The position numbers and the translations under genes were made by a program. Below, piece after piece: positions 21,023 through 28,765 of a DNA stretch of 64,000 nt. A model generated the notes under the pieces. That model made no database searches. It was not told where the DNA came from and was given only the letters and a program-made list of their open reading frames with translations. The number at the start of each line of letters is the position of its first letter. Position 1 is the first letter of the stretch. This stretch comes from Gammaproteobacteria bacterium (GTDB lineage Bacteria > Pseudomonadota > Gammaproteobacteria > JAJFKG01), in NCBI GenBank assembly GCA_965116795.1, contig OZ220716.1, positions 426,503-490,502 of the forward strand, given 5' to 3'.

Positions 21023-23149
21023 TTATCGCTTGCGAATAATCCGCGTCACCGCTGCGATCGTACGCACTCTACGCATTACATAGGCAAGATGTTTACGATC
21101 AGTCACTAATAATGTTAATTGAAGACAACAAAAATGTTCATCTTGTTCTTTAACATGAATATCCGCAATATTTGATTGTGCTTCGGCAATGCTGTGCGCC
21201 AATGCAGCTAACACGCCGCGTTGATTTTCAGCATAAACGAATACATCCACTTTATATTCTGCTTTAATATTATTTTCCCAAATTAAATGAATCAATCCTT
21301 CACGTTGTAGTTGCTCCAATTCAACTTGCGGGCACTGTTCAGTATGCACTACCATACCTTTGCCAGTGGTTAACATACCAACGATGGGATCACCTGGAAT
21401 AGGGCGACAACAAGCAGCAAAACGCAGAACCATCCCTTCACTGCCTTTAATAGGTAATGGTTGGGTATCATTGGCAATTAATGTTGGTGTTTGTGTTTCA
21501 TCAAATAATGCAAGCCGTCTGGCAACCACTAACGGCATTTGGTTACCAAGGCCAATATTTTCAAATAACTCATTAGGATCACGGTAATGGGATTCCTGAA
21601 CAATCACATCTAATGTATCTGTTGGAATATCATCAATGGTCAGTGACATTGTTGCTAATGCTTTTTCTAGTAACCGTTTACCTAAACTAACTGATTCAGT
21701 AACACGTTGTGTTTTGAGAAAATGACGGATATTACTGCGCGCTTTGCCCGTCACTACAAAATTCAACCATGCCGGATTCGGCCTTGCTGCAATTGCAGTG
21801 ACAATGTCAACTGTTACACCATTAGACAATACCGAACTCAATGGTGCTAAACGTCGATTGATTTTAGCAGCCACACAACCATTTCCAATATCTGAATGAA
21901 CTGCGTAAGCAAAATCAACCGCTGTCGATCCGGTAGGTAGTTTTTTAATATCACCTTTAGGTGTAAACACATACACTTCATCTGGAAATAAATCAATTTT
22001 GACATTTTCAATAAATTCAAGCGAGCTACCCGTGCTTTTTTGCATTTCTAATAAACCACGCAACCATTCACGTGTACGTAATTGCGCCTCATTATCAGCT
22101 GATTCATCTGATTTATACAGCCAATGTGCCGCAATACCATTTTCTGCAATAAAATTCATTTCACTGCTACGTATTTGAATCTCAATCGGCACACTATAGG
22201 GACCGAATAATATTGTATGTAATGATTGATAACCATTTGACTTTGGAATAGCAATATAATCTTTGAAGCGCTCAGGAACAGGTTTATACAGATTATGTAC
22301 TGCCCCTAACACGCGATAACACGTATCCATATCATCGACAACAATGCGAAACGCATAGACATCCATAACTTCCGTAAATGTTAAATGCTTATCACGCATT
22401 TTTTTATAAATGCTGTAAATATGCTTTTCACGCCCATAGATCGATTTGGCAGATAAATGACGTTGTTTTAATGCAGCATACAACGCACTCTCAATGACTT
22501 TGATAATTTGTTTGCGATTACCACGTGCTTTATCAACTGCAGCAGATAAAATTCGATATCGATTGGGATACAAAGTAGAAAAACCTAATTCTTGTAATTC
22601 GGTTGCCATCGCATGCATTCCTAAACGATTAGCAATTGGTGCATAAATTTCTAATGTCTCGGTTGCAATGCGCTTGCGTTTTTCTACTGGCACAACCCCT
22701 AATGTACGCATATTATGTAGTCTGTCAGCAAGCTTGATCAAAATAACACGAATATCTTTGACCATAGCCAATACCATTTTACGGAAGTTTTCTGCTTGCG
22801 CTTCTGCGCGTGATTCAAAGGTAATCTGAGTCAGTTTCGTTACACCATCCACTAATTCAGCAACCTGTTTACCAAATTTTTCTGTTAAGATAGCTTTGCT
22901 AATACCCGTATCTTCAATCACATCATGTAAAATAGCTGCCATAATGCTTTCGATGTCTAGATGCATACCAGCAAGAATGGTGGCAACAGCAATGGGGTGG
23001 GTAATATACGGATCACCACTGTGACGTTTTTGTCCAATATGCGCCTGCGCACTAAATAGAAAAGCGGAATAGACTTGCTGGATTTGGTCCTTATCCAAAT
23101 AATCTGCTAACGCATTGCGTAACTGTTTAAAAATGCGGCTATTGGTCAA
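21023..23149 (-). CDS. spoT: Bifunctional (p)ppGpp synthetase/hydrolase
   Basis: HD motif (LHDVIED), synthetase, TGS and ACT domains; gmk-rpoZ-spoT synteny. Confidence 0.97.
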   Translation of the reverse strand: MTNSRIFKQLRNALADYLDKDQIQQVYSAFLFSAQAHIGQKRHSGDPYITHPIAVATILAGMHLDIESIMAAILHDVIEDTGISKAILTEKFGKQVAELVDGVTKLTQITFESRAEAQAENFRKMVLAMVKDIRVILIKLADRLHNMRTLGVVPVEKRKRIATETLEIYAPIANRLGMHAMATELQELGFSTLYPNRYRILSAAVDKARGNRKQIIKVIESALYAALKQRHLSAKSIYGREKHIYSIYKKMRDKHLTFTEVMDVYAFRIVVDDMDTCYRVLGAVHNLYKPVPERFKDYIAIPKSNGYQSLHTILFGPYSVPIEIQIRSSEMNFIAENGIAAHWLYKSDESADNEAQLRTREWLRGLLEMQKSTGSSLEFIENVKIDLFPDEVYVFTPKGDIKKLPTGSTAVDFAYAVHSDIGNGCVAAKINRRLAPLSSVLSNGVTVDIVTAIAARPNPAWLNFVVTGKARSNIRHFLKTQRVTESVSLGKRLLEKALATMSLTIDDIPTDTLDVIVQESHYRDPNELFENIGLGNQMPLVVARRLALFDETQTPTLIANDTQPLPIKGSEGMVLRFAACCRPIPGDPIVGMLTTGKGMVVHTEQCPQVELEQLQREGLIHLIWENNIKAEYKVDVFVYAENQRGVLAALAHSIAEAQSNIADIHVKEQDEHFCCLQLTLLVTDRKHLAYVMRRVRTIAAVTRIIRKR

Positions 23150-23234
23150 TGCGGATAAATCCTATGTGACTAAGTCATGACCACATTATACCGATTTATT
23201 TCACTATTGATAATGCAGGAAAAAGGTAGCTGCT

Positions 23235-23358
23235 TAGGCAGTATTAAGGAAAAAGAATAACGACTCAACCGATCTCTATTTTACTGAAAAACGTCAGCTT
23301 TGAGTGGAGGTTGGCAGAAAACATCCGCCAAAGATGGCATTTTCCTTAATAGAGTCTG
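23235..23358. repeat. Degenerate inverted-repeat element, family D
   Basis: 12-bp perfect IR TATTAAGGAAAA (23242-23253) / TTTTCCTTAATA (23340-23351); internal segment similar to 27048-27088. Confidence 0.55.
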
Positions 23359-23375
23359 AGTAGCTCGAAAAAAGA

Positions 23376-23933
23376 TTATTCGTCGTCTTTCTTAGTAAAC
23401 ACGATTGAATCATCAACTGTTGGATCAATAGGCTGTTCATTATTGGAGCCAGCATCTACAGGTGTCGTATCTTGATTAGGCTCTGACACCTCAACTGGCG
23501 CTGTACCATTAGCGACTTGTTCAAACAATGAAGGCTCGGATCGTAATGTGTAACGTGGTGGTTCGGATTCTTCTGATGACACTGTCTTGGCAATTGTCAC
23601 TATATCCTGTGTTTTTTCCAGTGATGCTGGTGTCGAAGAGATAGGTATCCGTGTAGTAGATGATGTTGTACCGGCAATAAACTCATCCGACACACCCACT
23701 TCAGCAGCCTGGGATGCCTGTTCGCGTGCCCGCTCCATTTCATCCAAGCGTTTAGGATCAACGGTACCGGCTTCAATTTCACGTAATGAGATCACGGCTG
23801 GTTTATGATTATCTAGGGGAACTGTGGCTTCAAACCCATTCATTAACTGGCGCGCACGTTGCGTCGCTGCCAATACTAACTCGAAGCGATTTTCAACATG
23901 CTCAAGACAACCTTCAACCGTAATACGTGCCAC
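23376..23933 (-). CDS. rpoZ: RNA polymerase omega subunit with long acidic C-terminal extension
   Basis: [23 protein letters not shown] and K..V..LREI motifs. Confidence 0.93.
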   Translation of the reverse strand: MARITVEGCLEHVENRFELVLAATQRARQLMNGFEATVPLDNHKPAVISLREIEAGTVDPKRLDEMERAREQASQAAEVGVSDEFIAGTTSSTTRIPISSTPASLEKTQDIVTIAKTVSSEESEPPRYTLRSEPSLFEQVANGTAPVEVSEPNQDTTPVDAGSNNEQPIDPTVDDSIVFTKKDDE

Positions 23934-23988
23934 GATGTATTTCTCCCCAGTGGTAATAAAAGCCTGGCATTGTACCGTTATTTTCAGC

Positions 23989-24615
23989 TCAAGCCAATAA
24001 AGCTTGTAGCAATTCCGCTTCAGCAGCTGATTGACGCGATATGGTCAATCTTTGAGCTTCCACAATGGCGCGTAATTGGGCTACAGCAACATCAAATGTT
24101 TGATTCACCATTAAATAATCAAATTCTGCATAATGTGACATTTCATCAGTCGCCACCTGTAAACGTTGATTAATCACTGTATCGCTATCTTGTTGACGTT
24201 GTTGCAGACGAGTCGCCAATGCATCACGCGATGGCGGCAAAATGAAAATGCCAACGGCACTTGGGTGTAATCGACGCACTTGCTGGGCACCTTGCCAATC
24301 AATCTCAACAATAACATCCATACCCGATGCTAGGGTATCCTTCACCCATTTATGCAATGTGCCATAGTAATAATGTTGATTAAATACATTAGCATATTCT
24401 AAAAACTCACCACGTTCGATCATTTGTAAGAACGTTGCTTCATCGACAAAATGATAATTAACCCCATCTTTTTCTTGTGATCGCTGTGGACGAGTTGTAT
24501 ATGACACTGACACTGTCAACCGTGGCACTTGCTTAACTAATTCAGCCACCAATGTTGTTTTACCTGCACCAGATGGTGCAGCAATAATAAAGAGTGTTCC
24601 CGTTTGTTTTGCCAT
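23989..24615 (-). CDS. gmk: Guanylate kinase
   Basis: [14 protein letters not shown] and EIDWQGA motifs. Confidence 0.97.
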   Translation of the reverse strand: MAKQTGTLFIIAAPSGAGKTTLVAELVKQVPRLTVSVSYTTRPQRSQEKDGVNYHFVDEATFLQMIERGEFLEYANVFNQHYYYGTLHKWVKDTLASGMDVIVEIDWQGAQQVRRLHPSAVGIFILPPSRDALATRLQQRQQDSDTVINQRLQVATDEMSHYAEFDYLMVNQTFDVAVAQLRAIVEAQRLTISRQSAAEAELLQALLA

Positions 24616-24642
24616 CAGTGTAGGTAGCCTTTATGTTGATAA

Positions 24643-25509
24643 CTATGCAATATTTTGCACTTGTTCGCGCATTTGTTCAATCCATACTTTTATATCAACT
24701 GCTGCACGAGTAATCACGGTATCTATTGCTTTGGATGCTAATGTATTTGCTTCACGATTTAATTCTTGCATGAGAAAATCAAGTTTACGGCCCAGTGACC
24801 CACCTTGTTTTAATAAACGTCGTACTTCTTTGACATGTGTTTGCAGGCGATCAATCTCTTCAGCAACATCAGCTTTTTGCGCTAATAATACCATTTCTTG
24901 TTCAAGACGATTTGAATCACAGTCTATTGCCAAATCATTTAGACGCTGGATTAATCTATCACGTATTTTTTGTAAGCATGCTGGTAATTGTGGTATGAGC
25001 TCAGCAATTTTATCTTGTATGTTATCTAAACGGGTTAATACGGCTTCCATCAATGCCTGACCTTCACGGGCACGCATTTCAACCACATCATCTAACGTTT
25101 GCGTTAATCCATCAAAGATGGGTGTTTTTAATGAAGTAATGTCTAAACTACTTGCCTGCAATACATCAGGCCAGCGTAAAAAATCGGTTGCCTTTAATAC
25201 TGCACTGGCTTGCATACGGGTTTCTATTAAGTGACACGCATTAATTAATTGATCAACTAACGTTGTATTGACAGTTAATGTTTGTTGCAAATTAGCGCCT
25301 GGTGAAAACTGCAACTGACAATCCACTTTACCGCGATGCAAACGAGCACTAATCACTTCACGTATCGATGGCTCCCACTCACGAAAATGTTCTGGCAACC
25401 GTATGTGCATATCTAAATATCGATGGTTAACTGTACGCATTTCCCAAACAACGTGCCCACATTCCTGTTGAAAACTGGCACGGGCAAATGCTGTCATACT
25501 ATAAATCAT
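24643..25509 (-). CDS. yicC: YicC/YloC family endoribonuclease
   Basis: SMTAF, VNHRYL, GRKLDFLMQELNREANT and EQMREQVQN motifs. Confidence 0.95.
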   Translation of the reverse strand: MIYSMTAFARASFQQECGHVVWEMRTVNHRYLDMHIRLPEHFREWEPSIREVISARLHRGKVDCQLQFSPGANLQQTLTVNTTLVDQLINACHLIETRMQASAVLKATDFLRWPDVLQASSLDITSLKTPIFDGLTQTLDDVVEMRAREGQALMEAVLTRLDNIQDKIAELIPQLPACLQKIRDRLIQRLNDLAIDCDSNRLEQEMVLLAQKADVAEEIDRLQTHVKEVRRLLKQGGSLGRKLDFLMQELNREANTLASKAIDTVITRAAVDIKVWIEQMREQVQNIA

Positions 25510-25651
25510 GAAGTAACCTGCTTAATCATATGTGCGTGTGATTATAACGATAACTATATAGCTTGTCTTCCTAAAATTATTGGAATATAGATAAAACTCT
25601 ATAGTAAAAGAATCATGTAGAGATAATTTTGCAATACCTCTTGCATAGGGA

Positions 25652-26530
25652 TCACAAATATTCAGTTGCACGTGTACAGAATGCTAAAAATGATACCCAT
25701 TCTTGAACATCAACTGCAAATGAAGCATGTGCTGTATCATAAAAATGATAGTAATAAGTGTGTTTGCTGTAAATAACGTTTACTTGCTCATTTGACCAAG
25801 CTGGAGGAATCTGATCAATTGCTATTTTCAAGTAGAATGGTCTAGCCTGTGCATCAAGTAGCAAATAGCTTCCTTGTTGATCTGTTAAGTAAAATTCTAC
25901 TATGTTTTTATCAAAACAAAGTGTCTGGAAAAAATCAACAAACGCGATGTCACTTAAGTAAGGCAATTGTGTCTGCAATCGCCGCACAATAGGTAACGAT
26001 GACTGCTGAAAATAATTATAAGCTAGTGTGGTAATCGCTGTTGTTAACTTTATGTAAGTAGTAGGTGATGCATCTTTTATAACATATCCATCAATGACAC
26101 CGTTGCTTAATGCCTGTTTAGCATCGCTTAATTCATTGGGTGTAATTAATAATAATTTTTTGTAGGTTGTTTGCCCGATTTGTTGGCAAAATTCGATTGC
26201 AGAATCAGGCATTATCATTGTATCGATCACGATAACAGGGATTTCCTCAAAGCGATGAGATGATGCTAATTCTGTTAACAATGAGGTCGCCAGCCCATCT
26301 GTTTGTTCTGCTTTATTGTTAACAACATTTTTTTCTAGCCAAGTTTGCTGTCCTACATAAGGCACATAACTGCTTTGTAGAAATTGCATTGCTTGCGTTG
26401 GTTCATCAAAAAGATGATAAAAAAACTGTGGCAGCAATTTATTGCGTAAATTGATCAGATCACGGTACTTTTCACCGATCAATAGTACTGTTCCAGCAAC
26501 ATAACATGTTGGCAGCACATAATTTGTCAT
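25652..26530 (-). CDS. LqsR-like atypical response regulator (orphan)
   Basis: PTCY N-terminus, RFEEI.VIVID..IMP and IVEFYL.D..GS.LLLD, as recalled from Legionella LqsR; SD AAGGAG before ATG at 26530. Confidence 0.72.
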   Translation of the reverse strand: MTNYVLPTCYVAGTVLLIGEKYRDLINLRNKLLPQFFYHLFDEPTQAMQFLQSSYVPYVGQQTWLEKNVVNNKAEQTDGLATSLLTELASSHRFEEIPVIVIDTMIMPDSAIEFCQQIGQTTYKKLLLITPNELSDAKQALSNGVIDGYVIKDASPTTYIKLTTAITTLAYNYFQQSSLPIVRRLQTQLPYLSDIAFVDFFQTLCFDKNIVEFYLTDQQGSYLLLDAQARPFYLKIAIDQIPPAWSNEQVNVIYSKHTYYYHFYDTAHASFAVDVQEWVSFLAFCTRATEYL

Positions 26531-26723
26531 GCAGACTCCTTTCCTTGGAAACAAAAGTAACTTAAACAATTCTCATATTGCATAACTCGTGCGCTGGAGG
26601 ATTCTACGAATTTTCATTTTGAATGTCACGTGTTTTTTTAACGAAAAAAATTGGCTTTGACTGTAAAAAAACATGGCAAATATCTTACAAAACACAGTGA
26701 CTTTTACGACTATTTAAGTCAAT

Positions 26724-26818
26724 TAACTTGCGTATAATGGTCACCGTCAAATTGCATAACTCCTTGTATTTTGTGCCAGCGCGTATATGACTCCCCGTTT
26801 TATACGCGCTTTTTTTAT
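26724..26818 (+). ncRNA. Putative sRNA gene, copy 1 (TATAAT, about 70-nt transcript, intrinsic terminator)
   Basis: TATAAT at 26733-26738; 10-bp stem AGCGCGTATA/TATACGCGCT followed by a T-run; 94/95 identical to copy 2. Confidence 0.68.
26778..26816 (+). terminator. Rho-independent terminator, copy 1
   Basis: 10-bp stem, 13-nt loop, T-run. Confidence 0.8.
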
Positions 26819-26928
26819 ATGGTAAGAAAAGGTTTCAGTATTGATCAAATGGGTAGTCATTGCTGCGTACAATACAAAGAGCTCATCACTCACAATAACT
26901 TAAGTCTTTTACTACTGTGCATGCTATG

Positions 26929-27023
26929 TAACTTGCTTATAATGGTCACCGTCAAATTGCATAACTCCTTGTATTTTGTGCCAGCGCGTATATGACTCCC
27001 CGTTTTATACGCGCTTTTTTTAT
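26929..27023 (+). ncRNA. Putative sRNA gene, copy 2 (205-bp offset from copy 1)
   Basis: TATAAT at 26938-26943; 26938-27023 is identical to 26733-26818. Confidence 0.68.
26983..27021 (+). terminator. Rho-independent terminator, copy 2
   Basis: Same hairpin and T-run as copy 1. Confidence 0.8.
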
Positions 27024-27107
27024 TAGACTCATTCATCAACTTTATCTACTCAGCCGACCATTACATTACCAAAAAACGTCAGCGTTGAACTGCAGAATTT
27101 AGATTCA
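27024..27107. repeat. Composite repeat scar (family D internal fragment plus degenerate family A right arm)
   Basis: 27048-27088 matches 23263-23303 at 32/41 positions ungapped; AACTGCAGAATTTAGATT resembles the family A TIR. Confidence 0.55.
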
Positions 27108-27238
27108 AGCAATGTGTATATATTTATTGGTTGGGACTTTGGAAAAGTGGGCGCACACTAATATTGTCAAGCATGCGCCACTATGGAAGATTGTTTAATA
27201 TGAATGAGCAAACTTTGGTGATTGCTCACAGTTGAAAA

Positions 27239-27550
27239 TTAATATTGACGTTCACGACCGCCACTACGACGACCACCGCGACCACCACCGCCGCCACCAG
27301 CATTTTCACGTGCACGGTCAACTTTCAATTTACGGCCTTCGTATTCATAGTCATTAAACTGCTCTAATGCAGCTGTCGCACCTGTTTTATCAACAAATGT
27401 AATAAAGGCATAGCCTTTTGAACGACCTGTTTCGCGATCACTAATCAGCCGAACTTCTTGTACTTCGCCGGCTTTACCAAATAGTGACCTCACATCTTCA
27501 TCAGTCGCAGAGAAAGGTAAATTCCCAACATAGAGTTTTGCAGTTTCCAT
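27239..27550 (-). CDS. Single-RRM RNA-binding protein with Gly/Arg-rich tail
   Basis: RNP2 LYVGNL, RNP1 KGYAFITF, DRETGRS and GGGGGGRGGRR tail. Confidence 0.93.
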   Translation of the reverse strand: METAKLYVGNLPFSATDEDVRSLFGKAGEVQEVRLISDRETGRSKGYAFITFVDKTGATAALEQFNDYEYEGRKLKVDRARENAGGGGGGRGGRRSGGRERQY

Positions 27551-27883
27551 AATAGTCTCCTAGATCAAATTTTATACTGCTGCAAAGTAATGGAATCGGG
27601 AACAACCAAAGCACCTGATCAAACACAACTTGTAGCTCGGGCATGCTAACATAAGAACCAGTACACATCTATTAAGGTAGCTATTAATCTATTAAATAAG
27701 GTATAATTTTGACCAGAAATACGCTCTAAATAATACATGACATCTCATTAATCTACTACAAACCAGCACACCATACTGAATGATTGCTATGCAAATAGCA
27801 TGAGTTACAGTATATTTAGCAGTGTGTTACCTGGCGTTTTCATTAGTAAACCCATCTAGGTTAAATCACAAAACAAAAGGTAT

Positions 27884-27922
27884 TACACTCAAAGCGTTTT
27901 GACTGTAGGCGAGGCGGCAAGC
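27884..27922. repeat. ERIC-like element, left-arm fragment
   Basis: ACTCAAAGCGTTTTGACTGTAGGCGAGGCGGCAAGC is identical to the left arm of 58389-58514. Confidence 0.85.
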
Positions 27923-27950
27923 TTGTGAACAAATCGATGTGGATGGTATA

Positions 27951-28763
27951 ATGACAATTAATACTCTTACCCAAACCGTATCACCTACCCACTCATTTGG
28001 GGCTAATTATCAACCACGTCGCTCAGTACGCCATCATTCATACTACCGCTTCAGAACATACACGGCTAGCGCTGGCAGTAATCAACTGGTCATAGCAGCA
28101 ACACCTTTATTTACCCTGATGATGGTACTGCAATACACTCAGTACGCAGCTAATGCAACACCACTACATCAACAAATAGTACATGAAATAAACGCCTTTG
28201 AAAGTGCAGCACTGGCGCAAGGTTATTCAGATGAATTCGTGATGGTGGCACGCTATGCATTATGTGCAGCTGTTGATGAAACCATGCGCATTACTCAATG
28301 GGGACAACAGCAGCAATGGGATCAATGTAATTTACTGTCTACGTTTCAACAAACGCTCTCTACCAATGATTGTTTCGTTTCCATTTTAGACCAATTACGT
28401 GATGATCCAAAACACTATATCGATATTTTAGAAATCATGTATCTGTGTTTAAGTCTTGGTTTTGAAAGTCGTTACCGTGAGCAACACCACGATAAGATTG
28501 AACAGTTAATCGATGAATTATATCGTCTGATTTGCAGCCAGCGTGGTCGCATTAAAAAGCGTTTATCTGTTTGCAAACATTTCACTAAGCAAGTTATCAA
28601 AAAACCTCGTGGTATTTCACTATGGCGTTCATTGATAACGGGTAGTATGTTAATTGGCATACTATATACAGTGTTTACATACACCACCTTTACGATTACT
28701 CAGCCGCTAACTCACACATTACAACAACTTACTGTGCATACCAAGATTGCACAGAGTAATTAA
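27951..28763 (+). CDS. dotU: DotU/IcmH (TssL family) protein
   Basis: AATPLF, ARYALCAAVDE, W....LL..F and LE..YLCLSLGFE motifs; C-terminal TM. Confidence 0.85.
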   Translation: MTINTLTQTVSPTHSFGANYQPRRSVRHHSYYRFRTYTASAGSNQLVIAATPLFTLMMVLQYTQYAANATPLHQQIVHEINAFESAALAQGYSDEFVMVARYALCAAVDETMRITQWGQQQQWDQCNLLSTFQQTLSTNDCFVSILDQLRDDPKHYIDILEIMYLCLSLGFESRYREQHHDKIEQLIDELYRLICSQRGRIKKRLSVCKHFTKQVIKKPRGISLWRSLITGSMLIGILYTVFTYTTFTITQPLTHTLQQLTVHTKIAQSN

Positions 28764-28765
28764 AC

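Noticed and set aside
26771-26995. 74-aa plus-strand ORF across the twin repeat
   Set aside because: Runs through a terminator, has no SD or recognisable motif, and is a by-product of the duplication
26745-27021. CsrB/RsmY/RsmZ-type CsrA sponge
   Set aside because: The predicted plus-strand RNA has no GGA loops; its loops are C/U-rich
26724-27023. Twin 95-bp repeat as a CRISPR array or attL/attR pair
   Set aside because: Only two units, far longer than CRISPR repeats, with a 110-bp spacer; no cas or integrase gene; promoter-terminator architecture fits RNA genes better
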